Notes: a model not told the origin generated them from the letters alone. Counted from the stretch's first letter, positions 39,793 through 50,092 are shown. The stretch: DNA of 64,000 bases from Candidatus Sulfomarinibacteraceae bacterium (GCA_963823345.1 CAWGLE010000004.1:385166-449165), one strand, 5' to 3'. A program made the numbers and translations.

Positions 39793-40257
39793 ATGTTCAG
39801 ACGTTACCGCTGGTTGCTGTTGACTGCCGTCGTCGTCCTCGGAATTGTCGCGGCGTTCGTCGTCTGGCGCGGGCGCGGGCTGGCACCGACCGCCGCTCCC
39901 GGTCTGCAGGAAACCTTCACCGTCAGCGATGTGCCCGTCGAGTCACCCGGGCTGAACATCGACGTCGGTACGGTGAAATGGACGCACCACCCGGAATACA
40001 CCGACTGGGCGTGCCTGATGCGGTGTCGCGAGAGCGAGGGCTGTCACGCCGAGATCCAGTTGGTCGTCGCGTACATCTCGGACGGCGCCGAAAAGCGCCT
40101 CACCATCGGCGGCCAGATCGACTCCGGGTTCGGCGAGACCGTGCGCATCGGCAGGGCGCAGCGCCCCGCCGTCAAGGTCGACCGGGTCGTGGGCGTCAGG
40201 GTCAAGGTTCTCGAGGCCTTTCACCGCGGCGCTCCCACCCCCACACCCATGGAGTGA
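39793..40257 (+). CDS. G2: small single-pass membrane protein with a YTDWAC-x4-C-x5-C motif
   Basis: MFRRYRWLLLTAVVVLGIVAAFVVW TM segment. ...PEYTDWACLMRCRESEGCHAE...IGRAQRPAVKVDRVVGV...GAPTPTPME. Confidence 0.6.
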   Translation: MFRRYRWLLLTAVVVLGIVAAFVVWRGRGLAPTAAPGLQETFTVSDVPVESPGLNIDVGTVKWTHHPEYTDWACLMRCRESEGCHAEIQLVVAYISDGAEKRLTIGGQIDSGFGETVRIGRAQRPAVKVDRVVGVRVKVLEAFHRGAPTPTPME

Positions 40258-40320
40258 CGCTTTTCCCGGCCCCCTCCGCCCCGCAACACGACATGCTACC
40301 GTGCCGTCGATGGAGGGTGG

Positions 40321-42948
40321 ATGACCACTGACTTCGAGGCGGTCGCGACTGTCGGCCGCGTCAGCGAATGGCGGCACCGCGGCAACGGCTTGACGGTGCT
40401 GGTGTGCCCGACCCCGGTGGCCCCGGTGGTCGGCTTCGGGGTGGTGTACCGGGTGGGTTCGCGCCACGAGGCTCCCGGCCACAGCGGCGCCACCCACATG
40501 CTCGAGCACCTGATGTTCAAAGGGACCGAACGCTACAACCGCGACCGCGGGAGCGAGATCGCGCGCGAGCTGCACCGGGTCGGTGCGATGTTCAACGCCT
40601 CGACCTGGCTCGACCGCACCAACTACTACGAAGTGCTGCCACCGGAACGGCTGGCGTTGGCGGTCGACATCGAGTCGGATCGCATGCGCGGCGCACTGGT
40701 CCGCGATGCCGACCTCGAAAGCGAACGCACCGTCGTCCTCAACGAGCTCGATTCGGGGGAGAACGAGCCCTTCGATCTCCTGCTCAAATCGTCCTTCGCC
40801 CACGCCTATCTCGAACACCCCTACCACCATCCGACCATCGGCTGGCGCAGCGATGTCGAGCAGATGACGGGTGCGGTGCTGCGCGGTTTCTATGACACCT
40901 TCTACCACCCCGACAACGCGACCGTGATCGTCGTCGGCGACGTGGACGAACCGACCGCTCTTCGTGAGGTGGAGAAGGGATTCGGCGCCGTGCCGCCCTC
41001 GAGCCGGGGCTTCCCCGAGGTCACGATCCGCGAGGGGGCCCAACGCGGTGAGCGCCGGTTCAACGTCCACCGGGCGGGAGAATTGGCGTGCCTGGCCATG
41101 ACCTGGCACATTCCCCGCGGTCTCGACGCCGACCTGCCGGCGTTGTCAGTCCTGACCCAGGTCCTCGGCGACGGCGTCACCTCGCGGCTCCACCAGCGGT
41201 TGGTGGAGACCAACCGGTGTCTCGGCGTCCAGGCCTACGCCATGGAGTTGCACGACCCCGGGGTCTTCCAGATCTTCGCCACGGTGGCGCCGGGGGTCGA
41301 CCGGGACGAAGTTGAGGCGGCCATCCGCACCGAGGTCGCGACGCTCGCGGCCCAACCGCCGTCCGAAGACGAGATGGCGCGGGCGCTGGTGCAGACCCGG
41401 ACCGATCTCGCCTTTCATCACGAGTCGCCGGCCCAGATTCTGGGTGGGCTGACCGAGGCCGTGGCGATGGGGGACTGGCGGCGCTTCGTTCGCGAGCTGG
41501 AGCTGGTGGAGGGGGTGACCGCCGCCGATCTCAGCCGGGTGGCGGCCACCTACCTGCACAGCCGCAACCTCACCGTCGGGTGGTTCATCCCCGACAGCGG
41601 CAACGGGTCGTCGGGCGGCGGTCGTCCCGCGGCCGGGCCCGCTCCGAGACCGTGCTTTCTGCGGAAGCCGTTCGCCGACCGCGTCGAGACCTGCGCCCTG
41701 CCCGGCGGTGCCCGCCTGGCCCTGCTCGACAATCCTCACGCCCCCACCATGACCATCGCGGGGACCCTGTTGGCCGGCCCGGCCCTGGCGGTCGACGGGC
41801 GGTTCTCCGTGCCCGGAATCACCGCCGCGATGCTGGATCGCGGGACGGACGCTCACGATCGCATGCAGCTCGCGCGCGAACTCGAGGACCACGGACTCCA
41901 ACTCAGTATCCGCGCGTCCGCAGCGATGCCGGCCGTGATCTCATTTTCGGCCCAGGGTCTGGCCGAAGAGCTCGAACGGATGGTGACGTTGCTGATGGAG
42001 GTGCTGCGGACCCCGTCGTTCCCCGCCGACGAGCTCGAAAAGCTCCGGCAACAGGTGTTGGGCAGCCTGGTTCGCGAACGGGAGGACACCCACGCGTGCG
42101 CCTATTCGGCGTTGACCAGGACCCTCTATCCGGAGGGGTACGTCCTGCGGCGGCGGCCGATAGCCGACCGCGAACACGAGGTGGCGGGGCTGACCGCCGC
42201 GGACCTCGCGGCGTTCCACAGCGCGGTCTACGGGCCCGCGGGAATGGTGGTAGCGGTGGTGGGCCAGGTGGAGAGCGCGCGGGTCAGGTCCCTGTTGGAA
42301 GGGGCGATGACCCAATGGGTCGGTCCGGGGCGGGTCGAAATACCGGCGGCGGATCTGGGAGAGGACCCAGCTCCCTCCCAGGAGAGGATCCAAATTGAGG
42401 ACCGGCCCAACCTCGACGTTTTTCTCGGCCACCGCAGCGATCTGCGCCGCGGGGCGGAGGATTATGCGGCAGCGGTCGTCGCCAACTCGTGCCTCGGCCA
42501 GTCCACCCTGACCTCGCGGCTCGGTCTGGCGGTTCGCGACGACGCAGGGCTGACCTACGGGATCCACAGCCGGTTCTACGGCACCCTCCAGATGCCGGGT
42601 CCATGGGCAACCTCGCTCGGGGTGTCGGCAGCCAACCTCGACCGCGCGGTGGAGCTCAGCCGCTCGGTGATCGCCCGGTTTGCCGGCGACGGCCCGGGGG
42701 CGGACGAGCTTGCCGACGAGCGGACGGCGTTGGCCGGTTCCTACAGCGTCGGTCTGGCGACCAACGCCGGCGTCGCGCGGGAATTGGTGACGGCCCTGAC
42801 TGCGGGCGAGGAGGTGAGCCGCCTCGACGCCTTCCCGGAGGAGCTGCTGGCGGTCACCCGCGACCAGGTCATGGACGCCATCCGGCGCTACCTCCACCCC
42901 GAACGGCTGGTCGTCACCGCCGCCGGAGACTTCCGCGAAGAGGTTTGA
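40321..42948 (+). CDS. M16 (pitrilysin) family zinc peptidase, fused double-module form
   Basis: 875 aa. Inverted zinc motif GATHMLEHLMFKGTE (HxxEH) in the first half. The second half is M16-like and inactive. Confidence 0.85.
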   Translation: MTTDFEAVATVGRVSEWRHRGNGLTVLVCPTPVAPVVGFGVVYRVGSRHEAPGHSGATHMLEHLMFKGTERYNRDRGSEIARELHRVGAMFNASTWLDRTNYYEVLPPERLALAVDIESDRMRGALVRDADLESERTVVLNELDSGENEPFDLLLKSSFAHAYLEHPYHHPTIGWRSDVEQMTGAVLRGFYDTFYHPDNATVIVVGDVDEPTALREVEKGFGAVPPSSRGFPEVTIREGAQRGERRFNVHRAGELACLAMTWHIPRGLDADLPALSVLTQVLGDGVTSRLHQRLVETNRCLGVQAYAMELHDPGVFQIFATVAPGVDRDEVEAAIRTEVATLAAQPPSEDEMARALVQTRTDLAFHHESPAQILGGLTEAVAMGDWRRFVRELELVEGVTAADLSRVAATYLHSRNLTVGWFIPDSGNGSSGGGRPAAGPAPRPCFLRKPFADRVETCALPGGARLALLDNPHAPTMTIAGTLLAGPALAVDGRFSVPGITAAMLDRGTDAHDRMQLARELEDHGLQLSIRASAAMPAVISFSAQGLAEELERMVTLLMEVLRTPSFPADELEKLRQQVLGSLVREREDTHACAYSALTRTLYPEGYVLRRRPIADREHEVAGLTAADLAAFHSAVYGPAGMVVAVVGQVESARVRSLLEGAMTQWVGPGRVEIPAADLGEDPAPSQERIQIEDRPNLDVFLGHRSDLRRGAEDYAAAVVANSCLGQSTLTSRLGLAVRDDAGLTYGIHSRFYGTLQMPGPWATSLGVSAANLDRAVELSRSVIARFAGDGPGADELADERTALAGSYSVGLATNAGVARELVTALTAGEEVSRLDAFPEELLAVTRDQVMDAIRRYLHPERLVVTAAGDFREEV

Positions 42949-42992
42949 TCGTTACTGAAGGTTGGTTGAGAAGCGACTCAGGTCTCTCAAAC

Positions 42993-43258
42993 TGTCATCC
43001 CGAGCGAGCGCAGCGAGCCGAGGGATCTGGGGGGTGGCTCCAGTTGGGTCCTCCCTCAAGCCACCCCCCAGACCCTGCTGGCTTCGCTCGCTCGGTCGGG
43101 ATGACAAGGGCGTGGCATGGCTTCGCTCGCTCGGTCGGGATGACAAGGGCGTGGCATGGCTTCGCTCGCTCGGTCGGGATGACAAGGGCGTGGCATGGCT
43201 TCGCTCGCTCGGTCGGGATGACAAGGACGTGGCATGGCTTCGCTCCCTCGGTCGGGAT
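42993..43258. repeat. Composite repeat: inverted partial copy, 13-bp stem hairpin, then a 39-bp tandem repeat x4.5
   Basis: The unit GCTTCGCTCGCTCGGTCGGGATGACAAGGGCGTGGCATG starts at 43081, 43120, 43159, 43198 (one substitution) and 43237 (truncated). GTCATCCCGAGCGAGCG at 42994 is the unit core in reverse orientation. Hairpin TCTGGGGGGTGGC (43026-43038) pairs with GCCACCCCCCAGA (43060-43072). Confidence 0.85.
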
Positions 43259-43338
43259 TAAAATTTCCTGGCGGTGCCGGCGGACCGGCGAAGACTGGAG
43301 ACACAGGTCCCACCCTTTACCGGATGAGGCGAACGTAT

Positions 43339-44187
43339 TCACTCCCAGTCCACCATGAGGTGGTGGAGCGAGCACGAGAGGGCCGGAGCGAGCCGTTCGG
43401 CGAGAATCTCCTCGACCTCACGCAAACGATGGCGTCGCGAAGCGTGCAGCACGACCAGGTGCCGGCAGCGAAGGCCCGCGGTTCGCATGAGGATGTCGTC
43501 GAGGTGGAGGTGGCCGTAGCGCACCGCGCGCTCGCGGTCGCGCCGCCTGAAAAACGAGCACTCCAGGAGCAGCACCTCGGCGCCAAGAGCGGGCGACCCA
43601 GCCTCCAGGACGGCGGGGCCGGAGTCGGCGCAGTAGGCGAGGAGGTCGGTCTCGATCTCCTCGGTGACCTTCTCGCCGTCGTGGCGGCGGCGGGCGATCT
43701 CCTCGCCCGGCAGGCCGACCAGCCCGGGCAGGAGGTGGTGACGCTGCCACACCAGCCGCGAACCCAGGGTCGGAACCCAATGGTCGGTGGCAAAGAACTC
43801 CACCCGCATGTCCTTGCGGAGGGACACCGACTGGCCGGCCGCCACTCCCATCACCTCGACGTCGTACGGCGCGCCGCCTTCGAGGCGGGCGTGGGTCGCG
43901 AGCAATTCTCCGACCCCCGCGGCGATCTCGTGGGGCACTGCAAGGCGGGCCCGGCCCATCGCCTGCAGCTGTCGTTGGCTGGCCCAGTAGCCGACCCCGC
44001 CGATGTGGTCCATGTGGCCGTGGCTGACGAGGACCATCGTCATCGGCGGGAGGGCGCGGTGTGGACGGCCGGCGTCGAGGGCCAGGTGGAGCTGGGGCAG
44101 GAGGATGAGGGTGCCCTCGCCGGCCCGCGAGCCGCCGGCGATCGCCAACGGACCCCACGATGTCTCGAGCCGGAGCTGGCGAATCAC
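43339..44187 (-). CDS. MBL-fold metallo-hydrolase (RNase Z/BN-like)
   Basis: GTG 44187 overlaps the kinase TGA (GTGA). ...LILLPQLHLALDAGR...MVLVSHGHMDHIGG...LLLECSFF...HLHLDD.... Confidence 0.7.
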   Translation of the reverse strand: MIRQLRLETSWGPLAIAGGSRAGEGTLILLPQLHLALDAGRPHRALPPMTMVLVSHGHMDHIGGVGYWASQRQLQAMGRARLAVPHEIAAGVGELLATHARLEGGAPYDVEVMGVAAGQSVSLRKDMRVEFFATDHWVPTLGSRLVWQRHHLLPGLVGLPGEEIARRRHDGEKVTEEIETDLLAYCADSGPAVLEAGSPALGAEVLLLECSFFRRRDRERAVRYGHLHLDDILMRTAGLRCRHLVVLHASRRHRLREVEEILAERLAPALSCSLHHLMVDWE

Positions 44188-46091
44188 CGCGCGGACTTCA
44201 CGAGAAAGAAGTTCGGTTGTGCCTTTTCCCCGGGCAGGTCGACCCGCAAGGTCCATTCGCTGTCGGGTTCGAGCTCGCGGACGAATTCCGAAGAGCCGAG
44301 GACGCCCCGTCTGCCCGCCTCCAGCGCCACACCGACGGTGTGGCTCCCGGACGGCGTCAGGATCACCCTGCGAACGGTGCCGCGGCCCTTCTTCTTGATG
44401 CCGAGGAAGGCGTCGGTCGCGAAGTCGAACGGCACGTCGGCCAGCAGCTCGCCATCGAGGGTCACCGCGATCGAACCTTCGCTGATGGGCGAGTCGAAGG
44501 TCACGGTGATCCGCGACACCCCGCTTTTTGCCGGCGCGCGCGGCGGCGGTCGGGCGGGCGCCGGATTCGGGCTCGTGGTCGAGCCGGCGGCCGCGGCCTG
44601 AGGGGTGGGGAGGCTCCTCGCTCGCTCCTCGGCGAGCTCCAGGTATGAAGCGGCGATCTCGTGCATCGGGTCGAGATCGAGGGCCTGGCGGAACAGCTCC
44701 CCGGCGGCCGCGTAGTCGCCGCGCCGGTAGGCGCTCCGGCCATCGCCCACCAACTCGCTCACCCGCCGCTGGTTCTCGGCGCCGGTTCGCTCCCGCTCGA
44801 GACCGTCTCTGATGGCCGCGGCCAGGCGGCGCGCCGCGGGCGAGGTCGGCGCCTGGTCGAGGGCGGCGAGGACCGCGGTCTCGGCGGCCGCCAGGTCGTT
44901 CTGCCGCATCCGGGACTGGGCCGTGCGCAGCGACGCCACCACGCCGTTGAGGTTCCTTGTGACGCCCGGGGTCGGGCCCGGGAAGGGCCCGCGGTCGATC
45001 CAGGACCTGAGGACGAGGATCGGAACCAGCGCCAGCACCACGGCCGCAGCGATCACCGCCACGACCCACCGCGGTTCGACCTCCCGTCGCATCGCATCGG
45101 GGAGACGCGGGGCTCCAGCCCGAGGCAGCCTCTCGAGCACCCACCGCCGCACCCGTGACACCGGACCGGCGGGCGGCGTCGGCCGATCGTCGCCGGCGTG
45201 GATCCTGGTCTCGAGATCGGGCTGGAAGACCCCCGTGCTGAGGTCGTCCGTCGGCTCGCGCTCGACCAGCGACCGGGCGAGCGCGGCCAGGACCCGCGCC
45301 ACCTCGGCGCCGGTCTGGAACCGCCGGTCGGGGTTTTTCTCGAGGCACTTGAGGATGATCGGGTTGAAGGCCGGCGGGATGTGGTCGCTGAGGGTCGACG
45401 GGATCGGGCAGGGCTCCTGCACGATCCGCAGGGTGACCTCGTGCATGGTGCCGCCGTTGAAGGGCCTCTTTTCGGTCAACAGGTTGAACAGCACCACCCC
45501 GAGCGAAAAGAGGTCGGAGCGGCCGTCCACCGGCTTGCCGGTGATCTGCTCGGGCGACATGAAGTTCGGCGTGCCGATGAACTGTCCGTCCACCGTCAGG
45601 TTCGAGGTCTCGAGGCGGGCGATCCCGAAGTCGGTGATCTTGGCCGTTCCGTCCGGCGTCAGGATGATGTTGGCCGGTTTGATGTCGCGGTGGACCACAC
45701 CGAGAGAGTGCGCGTAGTCGAGGGCCGTCGCGACGTCGGCGGCGATGCGGGCGGCCTCGGAGGGGCGGAATCGGCGACCGCTCGCGAGCACCTGTTTGAG
45801 GTCCCGGCCCTCGACGTACTCCATGGCGATGTAGACGAGGCCCGACTCGGGGTCCTCGCCGACGTCGTGGACGGTGACGATGCCGGGGTGGTTGAGCCGG
45901 CCTGCGGCCTGGGCTTCGCGCACGAAGCGCGCCCGGAACTCGTCGGCGTGCTCGGCGTCGAGGTCGAGGCGCAGGGTCTTCAGCGCCACCTGACGGTCGA
46001 TGATCGGGTCGCGGGCCCGATACACCACCCCCACGGCGCCCCGACCCAGCGTCTCTTCGATCTGATAGCGTCCGATCCGCTGCACCGACAT
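44184..46091 (-). CDS. Ser/Thr protein kinase with TM segment, TPR-like region and C-terminal beta domain
   Basis: MSVQRIGRYQIEETLGRGAVGVVYRA...VALK...HRDIKPANIIL...DFGIA...GTPNFMSPEQ. An alternative GTG start lies at 46115. Confidence 0.88.
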   Translation of the reverse strand: MSVQRIGRYQIEETLGRGAVGVVYRARDPIIDRQVALKTLRLDLDAEHADEFRARFVREAQAAGRLNHPGIVTVHDVGEDPESGLVYIAMEYVEGRDLKQVLASGRRFRPSEAARIAADVATALDYAHSLGVVHRDIKPANIILTPDGTAKITDFGIARLETSNLTVDGQFIGTPNFMSPEQITGKPVDGRSDLFSLGVVLFNLLTEKRPFNGGTMHEVTLRIVQEPCPIPSTLSDHIPPAFNPIILKCLEKNPDRRFQTGAEVARVLAALARSLVEREPTDDLSTGVFQPDLETRIHAGDDRPTPPAGPVSRVRRWVLERLPRAGAPRLPDAMRREVEPRWVVAVIAAAVVLALVPILVLRSWIDRGPFPGPTPGVTRNLNGVVASLRTAQSRMRQNDLAAAETAVLAALDQAPTSPAARRLAAAIRDGLERERTGAENQRRVSELVGDGRSAYRRGDYAAAGELFRQALDLDPMHEIAASYLELAEERARSLPTPQAAAAGSTTSPNPAPARPPPRAPAKSGVSRITVTFDSPISEGSIAVTLDGELLADVPFDFATDAFLGIKKKGRGTVRRVILTPSGSHTVGVALEAGRRGVLGSSEFVRELEPDSEWTLRVDLPGEKAQPNFFLVKSAR

Positions 46092-46262
46092 TGAGTTATT
46101 GTAACGGACCCGCACCCCCCGCAGACCCCGAAAACCGGTTTCGACATGCCGATCTGGCGCCTTCCGGTCGATTCGGCGCAGTGGCTGCGCCGTCGGCAGC
46201 CTCGGTAGACGGGCACGATCCTTGCTTCGTCATCCCCGGGCCATTCGGCCTCCGGGGGAACT

Positions 46263-47246
<984 letters not shown>

Positions 47247-47275
47247 TCCGGCGCGGAACCCCGGCGGTGTGAGGT

Positions 47276-48166
47276 ATGGGTTTTCGCCTTTCCTCCTACC
47301 TCGGCCGGCCGCGGCCGGTGGCGCCGGTTCGCGAAGCCGGTGCGGAGCTGCGCGCCCAGGTGCGCCGCCTCGAGATCCGCGCCCGGCAGGCGATGGAGTC
47401 GGGTCTCACGGGTCAGTATCAGAGCGCGTTCCGGGGTCTCGGGCTCGAGTTCGAGGAGGTCCGCGAGTACCGGGCGGGGGATGACGTTCGCACCATCGAC
47501 TGGAACGTCACCGCGCGCACCGGCTTTCTGCACGTCAAACGCTACCGCGAGGAGCGCGACCTCAACGTGCTGCTGCTCGTCGATCTTTCCGCCTCCACGC
47601 GGTTCGGTTCGGGAGTGATGACCGTCCACGACCTCATCACCGAGGTGGCGGGTCTCTTCGCCCTCGCCGCCGCCCGCCGCGACCGCATCGGGGCGGTGCT
47701 GTTCGACGACGAGGTGCGCAGGGTGATCCCGCCGCGCCTCGGCTGGAGACACGGCCTGCGGGTGGTGCGCGAGGTGCTGGCCTCCGAACCCGGGGGGACG
47801 AGCACCGCAATCGGAGATGCCATCCGCGCCGCGGGCCGCCTCCTGCGGCGGCGGGGCGTGGTGATCGCCCTGGTCGACCAGACGTGCGCCGTACCGCGCC
47901 GCGAGCTGATCGCTCTGTCCGGGCGCCACGAGGTGGTCGTGGTGAGGGTCGGCGACAACCTCCTCGAGACCGGGTTGGCCGGCGCGGACCTGCCGGTCGT
48001 GGACCCGGAGGGAAAGGCCCGGGGCCTCATCGGCGGGCCGGGGGCGGCCCGCCGGGAGCCGGTCGCCTCGGGGATCGACGTCGTCGAGCTCCACACCGGT
48101 GAGGACTACCTGCCGACGGTGCGGGCGATGCTCGAAAAGAGGGAGCGGCGCCGTGCGCTCCGTTGA
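47276..48166 (+). CDS. DUF58 (vWA-fold) protein, MoxR partner
   Basis: ...EFEEVREYRAGDDVRTIDWNVTARTGFLHVKRYREERDLNVLLLVDLSAS.... Confidence 0.85.
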   Translation: MGFRLSSYLGRPRPVAPVREAGAELRAQVRRLEIRARQAMESGLTGQYQSAFRGLGLEFEEVREYRAGDDVRTIDWNVTARTGFLHVKRYREERDLNVLLLVDLSASTRFGSGVMTVHDLITEVAGLFALAAARRDRIGAVLFDDEVRRVIPPRLGWRHGLRVVREVLASEPGGTSTAIGDAIRAAGRLLRRRGVVIALVDQTCAVPRRELIALSGRHEVVVVRVGDNLLETGLAGADLPVVDPEGKARGLIGGPGAARREPVASGIDVVELHTGEDYLPTVRAMLEKRERRRALR

Positions 48167-48170
48167 CGTG

Positions 48171-49097
48171 ATGCTGGCGATCGGGCTGCTGGCCTTCGCA
48201 GCTGCCGTGGCCGGCGCCGCGGTCCCCGCCACCCTGGAGGTGACGGCGCCCGACCATCCGGTTCGGGTCGGCGACCGGGTGCCGGTTCGCGTGACGGCGC
48301 GGGGTGGTGAGGATCTTCTGTGGGGCGAGCTGCGGGTGGGAGTCGAACCGGACGGGCCCTGGACCGTCGTCGACGGCCCGCGTGAACTCGAGGGAACGCG
48401 GCCGCCGGTGTGGGAGGTCGTCCTGGCGCCGATGAAGCTCGCCGATCTCGACCTGCCCGAGTTCATGGTGACGGTGCGGGACACCGAGGGCTCCGTCAGC
48501 GAGATCACGGCTGCTGATCCGCAGAAGGTCGAGGTGAGTTCGGTGCTCCCGGAGGGCGACGAGGTCGAGCCCGTTCCGCTGCGCGACCCGGTCGGGGTCA
48601 GCGGTTTTCCGTGGGAGTGGGTGCTGCCGTTGGCGGTGCCGGTGCTGGCGGTGGCGGCCGCTGTCGCCCTCTGGAGACGTCGCCGGCGAACGCCGGGAGG
48701 TCAGCGTGGAGTTCCGGAACTGGCTCCGCTCGACGAGTTCGAGGCGCTGCTCGACCAGATCCGGGAACGGCTGGGCCGCGAGCCTGCGGAGGGCGTGTGC
48801 GATCGCCTGGCGGCGGCGATGCGCCGCTACCTGGAGCGGCAGAGCGGCCGACCCGCCGAAGACATGACCTCGTTCGAGCTGCGCCTCATGGCGCGGCAGC
48901 TCGGTTGGCCTGACAACGTCCGGCGCGGCCTTCAGGAGGTGATGGCGGTGGCCGACAGCGTGCGTTTCGGCAGGCTTCCCGCCGCCGAGGCGCGGCTGCG
49001 GGGGGTGGTGGATCTCGCCCGTGAAATCGCCCGCGATCTCGACCGCCAGCTGGCGCTGCAGGCCGAGGCCGACGCGGCCGCGGAGGCTGCAGGATGA
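48171..49097 (+). CDS. DUF4381-like membrane protein of the Bat operon
   Basis: Signal/TM MLAIGLLAFAAAVAG, an internal TM WVLPLAVPVLAVAAAVALW, then ...LDEFEALLDQI...RRYLERQSGRPAEDMTSFEL.... The start is uncertain (GTG 48153 or ATG 48171). Confidence 0.5.
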   Translation: MLAIGLLAFAAAVAGAAVPATLEVTAPDHPVRVGDRVPVRVTARGGEDLLWGELRVGVEPDGPWTVVDGPRELEGTRPPVWEVVLAPMKLADLDLPEFMVTVRDTEGSVSEITAADPQKVEVSSVLPEGDEVEPVPLRDPVGVSGFPWEWVLPLAVPVLAVAAAVALWRRRRRTPGGQRGVPELAPLDEFEALLDQIRERLGREPAEGVCDRLAAAMRRYLERQSGRPAEDMTSFELRLMARQLGWPDNVRRGLQEVMAVADSVRFGRLPAAEARLRGVVDLAREIARDLDRQLALQAEADAAAEAAG

Positions 49098-50092
49098 TCC
49101 GGCTGGCGGCCCCCTGGTGGCTCGTCCTGGCCGGCGTGGGCGTGCTGGCCGTGACGCTGTGGGTGCTCCGCCGGCGTTGGCAACGCTATCCCTTTCCTCT
49201 CGGTGCGCGGGTGGCGGCGAACGCGCGCCGCCTGCCGTCGTGGACGGCGATCTCGGGTGTCCTCGCCGCGCTCGTCTTCCTGCCCTTGTCGGTGTCCCTG
49301 GCGCGCCCGCAGGAGGTCCTGTCGCGGAATCTGGAGCACGCCGAAGGCGTCGACATGGTGATCGCCCTCGACGTTTCGGGCTCGATGGCGGCCCTCGATT
49401 TTCAACCGACCGACCGGCTCGGCGTCGCCAAGGAGATGATCGCCGAGTTCATCGCCGGCCGTCCGCACGATCGCATCGGTCTGGTGGTTTTCGCGGGGGC
49501 GGCGGTGACGATCTGTCCCGTGACCCTCGATCACGATGTGGCCCTCCACCTCCTCGAGCAGGTGCAGCTCCACACCCTCCCCGACGGGACCGCCATCGGT
49601 CTCGGGTTGGGCACCGCCGTCAACCGGCTGCGGACTTCGACCGCCGATTCCAAGGTCGCGGTGTTGGTCACCGACGGGTCCAACAACGCCGGTCAGCTCG
49701 ACCCGGCGACCGCCGCCGAGCTGGCGGCCGCCGAAGGCATCACGGTCCACACGGTGCTGGTGGGTCAGGGCGGCAAGGTGCCGATCCCGGTCCGCCTCCG
49801 CGATCCGCGCAGCGGACGCGAATACTCGCAGGTCCAGAACGTCGAGGTCGAGATCAACCCCGAGCTGCTGGCGGAGATCGCCCGCACCACCGGCGGCAGC
49901 TCGTTCAGGGCGCGCGACGCCGAGGCGCTGGAGGAGGTGTTCTCGGAGATCGACCGCATGGAGACGACGGTCTTCACATCGACCCGCCTGGTGCGCTACC
50001 GCGAGGAGTTCGAACCGTGGGCGTGGGCGGCTCTCGTGCTGCTCCTGGCGGGGACCGTGCTCGAAGGGGCGGCGGGGAGGATGCCGTGGTGA
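49094..50092 (+). CDS. batA: BatA-like vWA domain membrane protein
   Basis: N-terminal TMs. VDMVIALDVSGSMAALDF (MIDAS)...VAVLVTDGSNNAG.... Confidence 0.8.
   Translation: MIRLAAPWWLVLAGVGVLAVTLWVLRRRWQRYPFPLGARVAANARRLPSWTAISGVLAALVFLPLSVSLARPQEVLSRNLEHAEGVDMVIALDVSGSMAALDFQPTDRLGVAKEMIAEFIAGRPHDRIGLVVFAGAAVTICPVTLDHDVALHLLEQVQLHTLPDGTAIGLGLGTAVNRLRTSTADSKVAVLVTDGSNNAGQLDPATAAELAAAEGITVHTVLVGQGGKVPIPVRLRDPRSGREYSQVQNVEVEINPELLAEIARTTGGSSFRARDAEALEEVFSEIDRMETTVFTSTRLVRYREEFEPWAWAALVLLLAGTVLEGAAGRMPW

Noticed and set aside
20757-40257. The duplicated 10-kb units as a mobile element or genomic island
   Set aside because: There are no integrase, transposase, tRNA or direct-repeat boundaries. The two units are diverged paralogs, not identical copies.
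43081-43258. 39-bp direct repeats as a CRISPR array
   Set aside because: The repeats are directly abutting with no spacers. No cas genes or leader are present, and the unit is not typical of CRISPR repeats.
42952-43375. Five overlapping ORFs through the tandem repeat (for example GMTRAWHGFARSV repeats)
   Set aside because: They are open only because the 39-bp unit is stop-free and a multiple of 3. All six frames are open, which argues against real coding.
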